Part shown: piece after piece, positions 1 to 11,487 of the stretch
Numbering within the stretch: position 1 is the first letter of the stretch
Layout of the letters: every line of letters begins with the position of its first letter
Source: an uncultured archaeon
GTDB taxonomy: Archaea > Thermoproteota > Bathyarchaeia > Bathyarchaeales > Bathycorpusculaceae
Reading direction: 5' to 3'
NCBI GenBank assembly: GCA_963782915.1
Contig: CAWALK010000019.1
Location: 32,001 to 96,000, forward strand
Length of the DNA stretch: 64,000 nucleotides
The notes under the pieces: model-generated
Told to the model about the DNA's origin: nothing
Databases searched by the model: none
What the model saw: only the letters and a program-made list of their open reading frames with translations
Position numbers and translations under genes: made by a program

Positions 1-262
1 TGCCCCACTTGATAAGTTCGCCTAAACCAGCCTCGGAGAGTAGGCGTTTTTTCTGGGAGATTTCGGTTCCGCGGTAAGCGGCATCTTGGAAGGATGGTCC
101 AGCAGCAACAGAAGAAGCCAAGAAATGCTCAACTCTGGTGCCTTCGAAATCTACAACCAAATTTACGTTGCCTGGTTTGTCTGCGCTTACTTCAAGAATA
201 ATCGCTAGCTGTAAGCATCTTTGTATATGCTGTGCTTTTATACAGTTGCAGTTGGTACCCAT
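1..262 (-). CDS. citG: CitG-family (triphosphoribosyl-dephospho-CoA synthase-like) protein, archaeal type; N-terminal part, runs off the window edge
   Basis: Absent from the ORF track. Manual translation from ATG at 262 gives MGTNCNCIKAQHIQRCLQLAIILEVSADKPGNVNLVVDFEGTRVEHFLASSVAAGPSF..., with the CitG-type LEVSAxKPGNV and EHFLAS motifs. Confidence 0.8.
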   Translation of the reverse strand, partial: MGTNCNCIKAQHIQRCLQLAIILEVSADKPGNVNLVVDFEGTRVEHFLASSVAAGPSFQDAAYRGTEISQKKRLLSEAGLGELIKWG

Positions 263-352
263 TTGGATGCACCGTTCTATTAGGGTTCCAAAAAAGCCTT
301 ATTAACGTTATGTAAAAAACTACAAACAAATGAAGAAGGATACAACCGTGGA

Positions 353-1378
353 GTGATTATGATGAGGGCACGTGAAGGAGATTTAATCAGAACAAAAGCT
401 AACGTGGTTTTTGACGTTAAAGGCACAGTACATCCCCAAGACAAAGTGATTGCGTTTCCACGGTTCATTCCCTCACCAGAAGGCACACGAAAAGGCAACG
501 ACACAACTTATGGTAAAGTCTACAGCTTAGGCGACAGGTTTGCTTATCTTCAGAAGAATCACCCTGAACTAATTGTTTATGATCCTGTTTTTGGCGAAAC
601 CCTCTGTGAAGTTCCCATTGACCAGATTGCTCAGCTCTATCAACCCTCTGAGAAACTCGCTCAACTTCGAGAGGCAAAAAACCGCAGTGTGCTCGAGGAG
701 AAAGCTTATCGTTTGGCAGTTACACTCAAGGAAAAAGCAGACATTCCATGGAATGCAGTTGGCATCTCAGGCTCTATAATGGCAGGTTTAACCACGGAAA
801 CCTCAGACATCGACCCATTGGTCTATGGCATAGAGAACAGCCGCAAAGCCTACAAAGCCCTCCAAGAACTCCGCGAAACGGAAGGTTCAGGCTTCAAAGC
901 CTACACAACCCCTGAACTAAAAACGCTCTATGACTTCCGCTCCAAAGACACCCAAATGAGCTTCGAAGACTTCCAAGCGGTCGAAAACCGCAAAGCCTTT
1001 CAAGGCATGTTCATGGGCACAGACTACTTCATCCGCTTCGTAAAAGACTGGACTGACATCTCTGAGCAGTATGGGGATGTGTGCTTTGAGAACAGCGGTT
1101 ACTGCAAAATCTTCTCAACCATCGCCGACGACCAAGATGCCCTCTTTACCCCATGCACCTACAAACTTGGCAGCGTACAAATAATAAATGGACCTCAACT
1201 TTCGCCCATTGAGGAGATTGTTTCTTTCCGAGGCAGATTCTGCATGCAAGCCACTATCGGCGAACGGGTGGAGGCGCAGGGAAAAATCGAGTTGGTAACG
1301 AACAAAAAAAGCGGCAAAACACATTACCGCCTCATATTGGGCAATAAACCCCAAGATTACATGGTGCTTCTGCGTTAA
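353..1378 (+). CDS. Pol-beta-superfamily nucleotidyltransferase (COG1665/AF1967-like), paralog 1
   Basis: GISGSIMAGLTTETSDIDPLVYG is a GS...DxD motif. N-terminal REGD...FDVKGxVHP; C-terminal OB-like region (GERVEAQGKIE). Confidence 0.8.
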   Translation: MIMMRAREGDLIRTKANVVFDVKGTVHPQDKVIAFPRFIPSPEGTRKGNDTTYGKVYSLGDRFAYLQKNHPELIVYDPVFGETLCEVPIDQIAQLYQPSEKLAQLREAKNRSVLEEKAYRLAVTLKEKADIPWNAVGISGSIMAGLTTETSDIDPLVYGIENSRKAYKALQELRETEGSGFKAYTTPELKTLYDFRSKDTQMSFEDFQAVENRKAFQGMFMGTDYFIRFVKDWTDISEQYGDVCFENSGYCKIFSTIADDQDALFTPCTYKLGSVQIINGPQLSPIEEIVSFRGRFCMQATIGERVEAQGKIELVTNKKSGKTHYRLILGNKPQDYMVLLR

Positions 1379-2450
1379 TGCAGGGCTTTTAGGACTTGCT
1401 CGTAGTAGCGTGGGCAATAAGTCAGCGTGACCTGCATGAAGCTGCCGCTTGGCGAGGTGACTTCTTCGAGGTTGCCTTCGACGATGATGGTTTCGTCGCG
1501 TTGGACTTGCTGGCGGAACTCTTCCATGTAACTGAAGACCCGTTTGGCTTCGATTGCTTCTCTGGGTCCACTTAGAACTTCTATGGGTTCAATTCCGTAG
1601 ACTGATGGGATGAATGGTCCATCGTCGTCTGCTGTTACGTGTGCTTTGAGTTTCACCCAGCCCTTCTGCACTATGCGCGCGTTTGGGTCGTATTCGTTTT
1701 TGATTTCGTTCCATGCTTTGACTGGTTCGAATTCGGCTTTGATGATTCTGCCGCTGCATTTGCGGTCATCGTATAATCCGTAGATGTATTTGCGGCGTTG
1801 ATGCCAAACGAAGTCTGGGACGGTAAAGTTTGTGAATAGCCAGCGTTTGCCTTTCATGGCTTCGTCGGAGGCGAATTCGTTTGTGAGTCCACTAGTTTGG
1901 GTCTGTGTAGAGTTCGGCGTTGGTTTCGCGGATTTTTTGGTTCTCGGCTTTGCCATAAATGGTGAAGTCTATGTCGCTGTATTTTGGGTGATGGAAGCCG
2001 TGGAGCATTGAGCCGAAAACCCCGAAGCTCTTCTTTTGAGACGCCAGATTTGCTGGTTGTAATGCTCAGTGCTCGTTCCATTGCCGCCAAGAGCGGGTCT
2101 GTTGGTCCCTTCTTTAGCAGTTCTTGAAGTCGGGGTTGTGGCTGCCGAGCTTCAACAATGAGGTTCTGGGGGACACCGACGAGTTTGAGCCCAAGCATTT
2201 CATGGTTAACAAGGTAATGCGGGTACTTTTTGGTGACGAGTTTCATGCCTTCGTCGTTATAGAATTTGTAGTAGAGTTCGCTTCTGCCTTCTCGTGGCGC
2301 TCGGGGGTCGGTTGAGATAAATATTTTTGAGCTGGCGTATTCCGCATCGCAAAGATAAGCGTTGGGTGGATGGCTGTAGCCGAAGACACGGAAAATAATG
2401 CCTTCAGCGCTCTGGATTGCGTCTCTGTCGCGCAGGTTTAGGTTGGCCAT
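1375..2450 (-). CDS. COG1665-like nucleotidyltransferase, paralog 2 (two frameshifts, near 2030 and 1895)
   Basis: Joins ORFs 1854..2513 and 1375..1956. The third frame between them reads FGVFGSMLHGFHHPKYSDIDFTIYG (GS...DxD). Start [10 protein letters not shown] at 2450. Confidence 0.75.
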
Positions 2451-3496
2451 ATGTATTCTTCTTCCGAAGTAGCTGTGCCGACGACAACTTGGTAGAAGAC
2501 TGACTGCCGTCATTTGTTGATTGGGCTTTCTCTAAGGTGCCTGCGACTTTGATTTGCTGTCCTGAGCGGGCGACGTTTCGGTAGCAACCAATGTTTGAAG
2601 TGACCTGTGTTGGGATTTTGTCGATGTCGAGTTCGGATTGTGCATCCATCGGTTGGTAATTGCTGATTTTGTAGATTGCTGGGCGATACATCGTTTCAGT
2701 ATCATCACACACCGTTGCCAAGAACCGAACTGGGGCCAGTGGCGTGTAGGTGTAGTCGCCGAATTTGCCCTTGATTTCCTCGGGTTTTTTGGTGGCGTTG
2801 TACATCCAGATTTTGCCCTTGTATTTACCGACGAATTTGCGTGCTGCTTCAATGCGGTTGCCAGCGATGTAGCTGACTGTGCCCTGATTAGCGAGAATTT
2901 GCAGTGTCTGTTCTACTCTGCGGAAGTTCTCGGTGCCATACACGACGAAGTCGATGTCTGATTCGGGTGCATGCATCTCAAGTGCAGTGGAGCCATGAAG
3001 CCCTAAATCCGTCGTATGGAACGCCTGATTCTTTGTGGACTAGGTCGATGATTTCGAGCGCCATTTTCTGGAAGTCATCGGGGTTTTTTAGGTTCTGCAG
3101 CCAAACTAAGCGGTCTTTGGGTACAAATACTTGCTCGATTTTGTCCAGTGGCGCTGTGATGAGTTCTTTTCCGCGTGTTTGGTCGTAGTAGAGGTAGTTG
3201 GGGAAGTTTTTGCGGAAAGCCTCGATGAATGTTTGATAGTTTTTGGCGGTGTAGAGTTTCTCTGCACGGAACAATTGGGCGGTGAGGGGTTTTGTGCCGA
3301 ATTTCCATGTGCGCTGGAGCATTTCTACGTTGAAGAGGTCCTTGTACTTGGCTGGGATATATTTTAGAAATGCGAATACTCTGTCTTCGGGATGCTCGTA
3401 ACCGAATGTGTTCATGATGAAGCCGTCTTCGGTGACGAATGTGTCGCCGTCGGCTGGAACCCAAATAGTTGCTTCTTCCGTAACTTTACACCGCAA
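2438..3496 (-). CDS. COG1665-like nucleotidyltransferase, paralog 3 (frameshifts near 3005 and 2500)
   Basis: Joins ORFs 2978..3496 and 2404..2976. Restored motif [23 protein letters not shown]; restored C-terminus [20 protein letters not shown] ends at 2438, overlapping the paralog 2 start. Confidence 0.75.
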
Positions 3497-3564
3497 AAAT
3501 AGATTTAGGTGAGACTAAAAAAGCATATTGCCAACAGCAGAGTGCTCTGTTGTGATTTTTTTCT

Positions 3565-3595
3565 CTATCCCCTCTATTTATAGGCTCAGCAAATG
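3565..3595 (+). repeat. Dispersed intergenic repeat, motif A copy
   Basis: ctatcccctctatttataggctcagcaaatg matches 20605..20637 (cctatccccccttatttataggctcaacaaatg). Confidence 0.8.
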
Positions 3596-4367
3596 CTGAA
3601 TTGTTGGCGATTGGCTTTTAATCGAGCTGTGCAATTGAGATGAAATTTAGTGGTTGTTCTACTGTTGTTGAACCCTGCTCCCAGACCATTTGTAATAACT
3701 AACAAAACCCGCACTACTCCTTTCCACGGTGTATCCCTACACGAGGAGTTGATGATGAAACAGCAAAATGTTTTTCTCCAGTATATCGATTAATAAGGTC
3801 AATCAAATGACTTGCCATGATGCTTAATCGTTGCTCTGCAACTGTAACTGCACCCCCTACGGTTGCAGCACACAAAGAAACAACAATAAAACGCTAAGCG
3901 CAACATACTTGCCATGCTCATCCCAACCTACCCAACATAGCTCAACTACGGATGGGACAAAAAAACCTTGCCCCATCCCAACGCTAACAGCAAAAACAGC
4001 CCAAACCAAAAAACCAACCACCCCCACAACCCACACATGGGATGGGAAAACTCTGGGCGATCTCAGACCCCACGAAGAACAAAAATGAGCACTAAGAGAA
4101 ATGAATTTTTTATCAACTTGGTACGGGGGACACGGTTATAAAAAACAAGTTGCAGAACACTAATAATAAAAAATGCACTATTGCTAACTATGGAGACTAT
4201 TTAGGGGTCTGTCTATGTTCACTGTTACAAGCAGGTTGGTTGCAACGCAACACGCAAGCAGAATAAAACTTTTTTGATCTCCTGATATATAGAACAAACT
4301 TTGTGGCAGCGTTACCTTTAATATTTCAATACCCATCCAGTTTAGATGCCCAAAAGGTGCAACTGTT

Positions 4368-5330
4368 ATGGCTAAAGCATTAAGCGTAAACCAATTAGCT
4401 TGGCAAAAAGCCCAAAAATTACTCGATAACCCCGAATTCTACGGCGTAGAAATCACCAAATCAACCGCGGGAGCCACCATCATCGATGCAGGCGTCAAAG
4501 CCCCCGGCGGTTTTGAAGCAGGCAAAATGCTCACCGAACTCTGCTTAGGCGGCGCAGGCAAAGCCGAAGTAGGCATGAAAAGCTACGGCGACTTAGACTT
4601 CCCCTCAGTCACAATCACCTCTGACCACCCAGCAATCGCCATGTTAGGCAGCCAATTCGCGGGTTGGCGCATAAAAGACGGCGACAACATCGCCATCGGC
4701 TCAGGACCAGCCCGAGCAATCGCATTAAAACCCAAAGAAATCTATGAAGAACTCCACTACACAGACCAAAGCGACAAAGCCGTCATCACCCTCGAAAGCA
4801 ACGTAATCCCAACCGACGTTCTAATTGAGAAAGTCTGCAAAGCAACCAACATCACCGCACCCAACCTGCTCATCGTTGTTGCCCCAACCGCCTCAGTAGC
4901 AGGCTTAACACAGGTCGCTGGCCGCGTTGTCGAAGTAGGTATACACAAACTTCACACTTTAGGTCTCGACTTCAATTGTATCCGCTACGCAATGGGTTAC
5001 GCCCCAATTCCGCCAGTCGGCCCAGACTTCGAAGTTGCCATGGCAAGAACCAACGACGTCATCCTCTACGGCGGAACAGTCTACCTAACAGTCGACTCCG
5101 ACGACGAAGCCAAACTTGAAAAGCTGGTTAAGGATGCACCATCCATTAACTCAAAAGACTACGGCAAACCATTCCTGCAAATCTTCCTCGACGCGGGCAA
5201 AGACTTCTACAAGATTGACCCAAGCCTATTTGCCCCTGCTGTCTTAATGATAAATAACGCCAAGACAGGACGAACCTTCAAGGCGGGACAAATAAATCCG
5301 AAAGTTTTAGCCCAAGCTTTGGGCTTCTAA
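4368..5330 (+). CDS. mch: Methenyltetrahydromethanopterin cyclohydrolase
   Basis: IIDAGVKAPGGFEAG, LGSQFAGW, GSGPARA, RVVEVGIHK, RTNDVILYGG, DFYKIDPSLFAPA. Confidence 0.96.
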   Translation: MAKALSVNQLAWQKAQKLLDNPEFYGVEITKSTAGATIIDAGVKAPGGFEAGKMLTELCLGGAGKAEVGMKSYGDLDFPSVTITSDHPAIAMLGSQFAGWRIKDGDNIAIGSGPARAIALKPKEIYEELHYTDQSDKAVITLESNVIPTDVLIEKVCKATNITAPNLLIVVAPTASVAGLTQVAGRVVEVGIHKLHTLGLDFNCIRYAMGYAPIPPVGPDFEVAMARTNDVILYGGTVYLTVDSDDEAKLEKLVKDAPSINSKDYGKPFLQIFLDAGKDFYKIDPSLFAPAVLMINNAKTGRTFKAGQINPKVLAQALGF

Positions 5331-5344
5331 ATCTTCTTTTATTT

Positions 5345-5941
5345 TTAGTTTATTTTAACTCTTGATATTATTGCGATTGTTATTGCTATTGCGATAGGTA
5401 TCGTATAAGCTGCGACTATAGCATTGAAGAGTGCACCGACTGGTATGAAGGCTAAGGCTGCAGGTTCTGGTAATCCAAAGCCGATTGGGTAGGTTTGTTG
5501 CAGTGCAAAGTAGTTTACAACGGATGTGACGAGTATGCGTAAAGTAATGCCAAGGGCGGTTGCAGATAGCGTGATGACGAGGATGTGTTTTCGTAAATAG
5601 GTACCTATGTTATCCGTCTTGCATCCATGTGTTGCTATCTTGTATGGCAGGTATATGCCAAGCAACATTGAGAGTACGGCGATGAAGTTGTAGATTGGTC
5701 CAGTTGGGAGATCTCCTTGGAATACCGCAAAGAGTATTAGAGTATTTAAAGCGGCGACTGCTACACCCGTTTTAGGTCCAATTAGTAGGAACGATACTAC
5801 AATGGGGATTTCCCATAGTTGGAACCAAAGAAAGGTTGCTAAGGGGAAAGGGATTTTTGGTCCATAAACGTTTAGGGCTACCGCCAATGCGACGAATATT
5901 ATGATTAGTGCAAGTGATTTTGTGCTTGTTTTAGTGTTCAC
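5345..5941 (-). CDS. ECF transporter S-component-like membrane protein
   Basis: About 6 TM helices; KIPFPLATFLWFQLWEIP and GPKTG motifs typical of S components. Confidence 0.7.
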   Translation of the reverse strand: MNTKTSTKSLALIIIFVALAVALNVYGPKIPFPLATFLWFQLWEIPIVVSFLLIGPKTGVAVAALNTLILFAVFQGDLPTGPIYNFIAVLSMLLGIYLPYKIATHGCKTDNIGTYLRKHILVITLSATALGITLRILVTSVVNYFALQQTYPIGFGLPEPAALAFIPVGALFNAIVAAYTIPIAIAITIAIISRVKIN

Positions 5942-6069
5942 TTTTGTTCCCTGCTTGGTATTTTATCCACTCAGCTACCTATTTAAGAGTAACTACCCAA
6001 AAAGAAGTACCTTATTTGGGCTAAAATACATAAACAAGCAAATCTAACAATATCGGTAAGTGAAGCGAG

Positions 6070-7324
6070 TTGACGGAAGCAACCATCCAATTCTCAACAT
6101 CCATAGACGCTAAACGTTGGCTAGAAGGACAAACAAACTCCGTCCTCACACCTGTCCATGCCCAAGCCAAAAAATTACGGGACGACATGAACCTCCAAGT
6201 TCAAGCCCTCACAGATGTCAGCAAACAACTCCTCGACGTAAGCAGCAAAGAAATCGAAAAAAGAAACATGAAAGTCTACAACCGCGCACGAGCCCTCAAC
6301 AAACTTGCACGGCTATTCCTCGATAGACTAAAAAAATTAACCCCGCCCGAACAGGTCTCCTACGACTCAATGAACCGCTACATACAAGAAATACAAAAAG
6401 TCATGCTTGTTACAGACATTGACATAAAAAACTGGTTCCCAAGAATCTCACCCTTCTTCATCATGGACCGAAGAAAATTCTTAGCGATCTACGAGAAGGC
6501 AAAACAATCCTACACATCCCTCAACGATTACGTAGTAAAAGAATACGTTAAAACCAAAACACTCGAAGAAGCACTACTGCAATTAAATGAGTTGCAAGGC
6601 GTCGAGAAACATCTGCTCACAATTCAAGAGGACAAAAACAACATAAAAAACGAGCGTGTACCCCTTGAACAAGAAATCGCCGATTTAGAACAAAAAATTC
6701 TTGAGCTACGAAGCAAAGGCCCCATCGATAAACTAAACCTCGTAAACACCGAAATCGAAACACTGAGCAACGAACTCAAAAACACCCTGCGCCATCTTCA
6801 AAAACCCTTCATCAAGATGCAGGCGCTGGCCACTTCAGGCGGCGGAGGAGGCATAGGCCCCGACGAACTCAACAAAATCAACCAATACCTAGAACGCACC
6901 CTTCGATGCACTGGTTCAAGAACAAACAGGCTATCCAGTGCTCAAAGAGATTCTAGAAAAACTCGAGGCTATGATGGCTAAAGACACGCTTAAACTTAAG
7001 CCAGATAAAGCCCGCAAAGCCGAACAGACAGCAAACGAGATTCTACGCAAAGATTCGCTGGCAAGTTTGCAAATTCGATGTGTAGAGATGGCGACGAACC
7101 GTGATCAGCTTTTGGCATCTGCTAAGCTGGATGAAACAAACCGTAACTTTGCCCAGTACCAGGAACAGGTAAACCTGCTTAAAGCCCGTAAAACCAGCGT
7201 AGAAACCCACGAGACGGTTAAAGCTAATTCGTATCAGGAGACGGTGGATAAAATAAGCAACATGAAACGCCTCATCGAACGTAACATTGCTTCGGCGTTA
7301 GATAAAAAAATCCAAATCGCATAA
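6070..7324 (+). CDS. Coiled-coil hypothetical protein (frameshift near 6900)
   Basis: ORFs 6070..6981 and 6938..7324 join into one heptad-rich protein. Confidence 0.65.
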
Positions 7325-7389
7325 GCGCTTTTTCTTTTTATTCCATAAATTCTTTAAAGCAACAGGGCTAATTTGAATGCTGAAACCCC

Positions 7390-8273
7390 ATGCCACAGTA
7401 CAGCACACTAAAGATGCCCATTGGCCAAACACGCCTTGTCTACGCAATATTCATGGCAGTTCCCATCGCCGTCTTCATGTACATGGCAACTGTGAATCTG
7501 CATTGGTTCACATTAAACCGATTAGGCTACGTTTTCTACGGCGTCCTGGCTGGTTTGCTGTTGGGTGTTGTTGAAAGCAGAATCGTCCTCTCCAGATTGT
7601 CCAAGGCTGCTGAAGCAACGGTTTGGGAAGTGTTTCCAGTTGGGTTGGCGTTGTTTGGTGTACCCTTTCTTGCAGTCATAACCCTACTGGGCTATTCGGA
7701 GTATGCGCCGTTTGGGTTATTCGCGTTCTTCCCACTCTTGATTAGCTTGTTTGCGGTTAGCGGCTGGTTCTACAGTCAATACGAAAAAGCCAAATCGTGC
7801 ATGTGTTTGTGTTTCCTTACGGCTTCAGGTATTGGTTGGAACCGAATCCTGACAATGACGACCGTTTCCGCTTCTTTATCCAAGATGTAGCTTCAAAGGA
7901 TACCTCATTGCTCTGGAGCCATATCGGTTACCCAGCAATTTTCCAGAGGCAACTAACAAAAAAGCAGGATATTGGAGACTCGCAAACAAGAGAAGCCTTA
8001 TTCAAGTTGCTAAAGACCATGCGCAAAACCCAAATTGTTATCTTGACGCATTTTGCGTTGACTATGGTTTTAACGCTTGTTTCCTTCGCTTTGCTGTTTA
8101 GCTTCTTTAAGAGTACTATTTTTTCCTTCAAAGTCGTTGATGTGTTGATGCCAACGATGCTTTTGCTTTGGGTGACGCTGGGAATTGACTTGTTTGCTTC
8201 AATGCGTTTGTTGAAGAAAAAAGCAGCCGCTATCCTATCAAATGTTGATACATCCCAACTTTCGCATGTGTAA
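7390..8273 (+). CDS. Hypothetical membrane protein (frameshift near 7790)
   Basis: Overlapping hydrophobic ORFs 7390..7890 and 7797..8273. Confidence 0.55.
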
Positions 8274-8449
8274 AGCACAAAGGTTGGGTTAGACTACAGT
8301 TCTAGTCAAAAACCCCTAATATTTCAAGCGTTCAGTGGTGGGTTACGTTTTGTTTTGTCGGCGACCCCGTACTTGAGGGATTAGGCGGTAATGTACTTTA
8401 AAAAAAGCAGGTACTCTAAGAGCAACTACTATGACCCTTTTGCGTAGCT

Positions 8450-9130
8450 TCAACTAATCTCTTGCTTTGCCTTAACGACCCTGTAAACCAATAGAACGTG
8501 TTTTTTTACGGTTTTGCTTCGGATTAGCTCCAGTTTTACAGGCATATTTAGGGTCCTGAATAGAGTAACTGCTTTTTTGCCTACTATTTCTGGGGCAATA
8601 AACAATTGTATTTCATCCACCAACCCCTCTTCTAATAGTAAACTGGCTAAAACGCCGCCTGTATCAGTAGCAACCGTGTCTATACCATAACGCTTGTTAA
8701 GTTCTTCGAGCGCCGCTTTGTAATCAACATGGTCGTTACCAGCTACGAGGAAATCATAATGTCTTGCTTTAAGATACTCCAAATAATCCTTTGGAGTTGT
8801 GTTAGAAACTAAAAGGATTACGTCTTTACCATATCCAGATTGGCGAAAAATATGCAGAAAACCATTCAGTTTTCCTCTACTGTCTGCAATAGCCCAATAC
8901 GGTCGGTTATCTCCCTCTTTGATTGTTGGCTTCAAAAAATCGCTGGGCTGTTCAGCAGGGATGGTTTTGAGGAATATTTCCATGCCTAGTTTAGCAGTGT
9001 CTGACCCAACAAGCATTGCTTGAGCACCTATCCCACCAGCGACTTTATAATGCAAAGCTATGTCTACGTCGAAATCCTTAATTGCGCCGTCAACGCTAAC
9101 TGAATTATACACAACGACTTTTGGCAACAT
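8450..9130 (-). CDS. RibD C-terminal / dihydrofolate-reductase-fold reductase (pyrimidine reductase-like)
   Basis: PKVVVYNSVSVDG, DSRGKL, DTGGVL, GLVDEIQLFIAPEIVG. Confidence 0.85.
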   Translation of the reverse strand: MLPKVVVYNSVSVDGAIKDFDVDIALHYKVAGGIGAQAMLVGSDTAKLGMEIFLKTIPAEQPSDFLKPTIKEGDNRPYWAIADSRGKLNGFLHIFRQSGYGKDVILLVSNTTPKDYLEYLKARHYDFLVAGNDHVDYKAALEELNKRYGIDTVATDTGGVLASLLLEEGLVDEIQLFIAPEIVGKKAVTLFRTLNMPVKLELIRSKTVKKHVLLVYRVVKAKQEIS

Positions 9131-9209
9131 AACCTACCGATTTGTTGCACTTTGTATTTGAGGTTTTTTTGCCAAATAACCGCCAAAAATTAACCTGCTT
9201 GTTTGGCGG

Positions 9210-10275
9210 TTGATGGTTGTTGTGCACATAGCCCTGCCAAAAAAAGAGGTGAAACGCCTGCAAAACGATTATGCGATCCAAACAATCAACCTCACAAAGA
9301 CATTCAAAACCAAAATGCCAGCTGAGGGCAGAGGCTTACTTGCACACAAAAAAACTGTGGAAACAAACGCTGTAGACAACCTAAATTTAGTAATCGAAAA
9401 AGGGCAACTCTTCGGACTGTTGGGGCCTAACGGTGCAGGCAAAACCACCTTAGTCAAAATGCTCTGCACCTTGCTTCCGCCTGAGGGTGGAACCGCACTC
9501 GTTAACGGCTATGACATTATCAAGCAGCAAATGATGGTTAAACGCTCCTTGGGCACGCTTTTTAGCGTGGGCGAGAGGGGCTTTTTTTGGCGACTCAACG
9601 GTTACCGTAATCTCGAATTCTTCGCCTCAATCTATAATGTGCCCCGCCAGAAGCGTCACGATCGCATAATGGAGGTTCTCAAACTCGTCGGTTTGGAGGG
9701 CAGCGCATTTGATCTCTACCAGAAATACAGCGGCGGCATGAAACGTAAGCTCTCCCTCGCCCGCACGCTGCTGCCTGACCCGCCAATCTTAATGCTTGAC
9801 GAGCCCACCGTGGGTTTAGACGTGATTTCTTCCCGTAACATCCGAGATTTCGTCAAAAACACCGTTAAAGAAACAGGCAAAACCGTACTCTACACCACCC
9901 ACTACATTGAGGAGGCAGCGCAAATCTGTGACCAAATCGGCATCCTCACGAAAGGGGCAACTTAATCGCCTGCGACACCCCCGACGCCATCCGAGGCATG
10001 ATTAAAAAAAGGCGAACTCATCTACATCGTCGTCGAAAAAATCACCCCCGAACAAACCGAGAATGCTTCGAGCATTCCCAGCCATAACCAACCTAACCGA
10101 AAACAACGATTACGCCATGGGTAACCAGAAGGGTTTCTGTTTGGAGCTAAAAAGCGTCGACCAGATTCCAGCAATCTTTGACTTTCTCTTCCAAGAAAAA
10201 ATCAAGCTCGTAAACTTCCGCCGAGAAGAACCCACCCTCGAAGACGCATTTATCGAACTCACAGGGAGGGCATAA
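9210..10275 (+). CDS. ABC-2 type exporter ATP-binding protein (frameshifted near 9960-10010)
   Basis: Walker A GPNGAGKT, signature YSGGMK, Walker B LMLDEPT, H-loop TTH. C-terminal EPTLEDAFIELTG lies in ORF 10063..10275. Confidence 0.9.
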
Positions 10276-10276
10276 C

Positions 10277-11074
10277 TTGGCGTTTTGGGATGAACTGGAA
10301 AAAATCTATTACTTCATGAAACGCGACATCATCAGTTTTAGCACATACAAAACCAACATAGCTATCCTCGTCATGACCGCACTGTTCGGCGCGTTGTCCT
10401 TTGCTTTTTTGGGTTCAAGCGTAGTGAGCCAAACCGTGCTTGAAATGTACAACATGGACTTTACAACCTACATAGTTATTGGCTTAGCGTTCAGCACCTA
10501 CCTTAACCAGTCTTTAACGTTGGTACAGAAAACGATCAATCCATGGGCACTCGAAGAAGTGTTGGTTTCGCCAACAAGGCTATCCACTTTTATCATCGGA
10601 AGCTCACTTTGGGGGTTCATCTGGAGCACCGCAGTCGTGGTGGTTTACCTTTCGGTGGGCGTCTTGTTTTTCGGCGTCAACTTAACCGTCAACCTTGCAG
10701 GCACGCTTATCGTGTTGGCGCTGGGTATTGGAACATTCATCGGTTTTAGCATGATCGGCGCAGGCATCCTAATCCTAACAAAACAGGGCGACCCCGTTAC
10801 GGCACTGATAACCATAACTACAGGCTTGTTCGGCAACGTCCTGTTTCCCCCACAGGTAATGCCTGCTGCCCTGCAAGCCATCGCCTATATTCTGCCCCAA
10901 TACTACTTCTTCACGAGCATACGCCTTATGCTTACGGGGTGGACGATACCTATGATTCTGCCTTACATTTTGATTTTGGGGTTGCAATGCGCCATCATTG
11001 TGCCGTTGGGTTACGGCGTCTATGCATGGTGTTTGAAGACGGCGAGGAAAAACGGAACCCTCTCATGGTTCTAA
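10277..11074 (+). CDS. ABC-2 type permease
   Basis: 6 TM helices, LEEVLVSP and LFPPQVMP motifs; directly after the ATPase. Confidence 0.88.
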   Translation: MAFWDELEKIYYFMKRDIISFSTYKTNIAILVMTALFGALSFAFLGSSVVSQTVLEMYNMDFTTYIVIGLAFSTYLNQSLTLVQKTINPWALEEVLVSPTRLSTFIIGSSLWGFIWSTAVVVVYLSVGVLFFGVNLTVNLAGTLIVLALGIGTFIGFSMIGAGILILTKQGDPVTALITITTGLFGNVLFPPQVMPAALQAIAYILPQYYFFTSIRLMLTGWTIPMILPYILILGLQCAIIVPLGYGVYAWCLKTARKNGTLSWF

Positions 11075-11143
11075 AAATTCTCTCAGCCAATGGTTTCCAA
11101 AAAGAATTAACCCAACGCACCACCAATTATTACATGGATAGGT

Positions 11144-11329
11144 ATGTATTCTAAATGTCCAACTTGCCACTCGGACACCTACAAATTCTCCACCGAAGTT
11201 TACATCTGCAAAAACCCAGACTGCCGACACGTAGACACACGCTTACTCAATAAGATGCTTAAAGAAATCGGTTTAGATGAGGCAGTTATAGAAAAAGTTG
11301 AAGCAAACGTTGTTGCTGCCATGGTTTAG
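11144..11329 (+). CDS. Small zinc-ribbon protein
   Basis: CPTC...CKNPDC followed by an amphipathic helix. Confidence 0.65.
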   Translation: MYSKCPTCHSDTYKFSTEVYICKNPDCRHVDTRLLNKMLKEIGLDEAVIEKVEANVVAAMV

Positions 11330-11443
11330 CTATTGTTGCTTCTAGAGTTTAGCATAGGTTAACGTTTGGAAATGTAGGAAGGACCCTATCTGGATCAAAT
11401 TAGGGTTCTAAGAAGAAACTATCGCTGAAGGGTATTTTCCGCT

Positions 11444-11480
11444 TTTATATAAGGGAGGGGGAGGTACCTCTGAGGTAGGT
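11444..11480 (-). repeat. Dispersed intergenic repeat, motif A copy
   Basis: tttatataagggagggggaggtacctctgaggtaggt is nearly identical to 43790..43825. Confidence 0.85.
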
Positions 11481-11487
11481 AGTCTAT

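Noticed and set aside
3752-3830. Box C/D sRNA starting at ATGATGA
   Set aside because: No CTGA D box at a suitable distance.
3831-4088. 85-aa ORF in the spacer before mch
   Set aside because: Low-complexity A/C-rich sequence giving Thr/Lys/Pro bias, with no recognisable motif.
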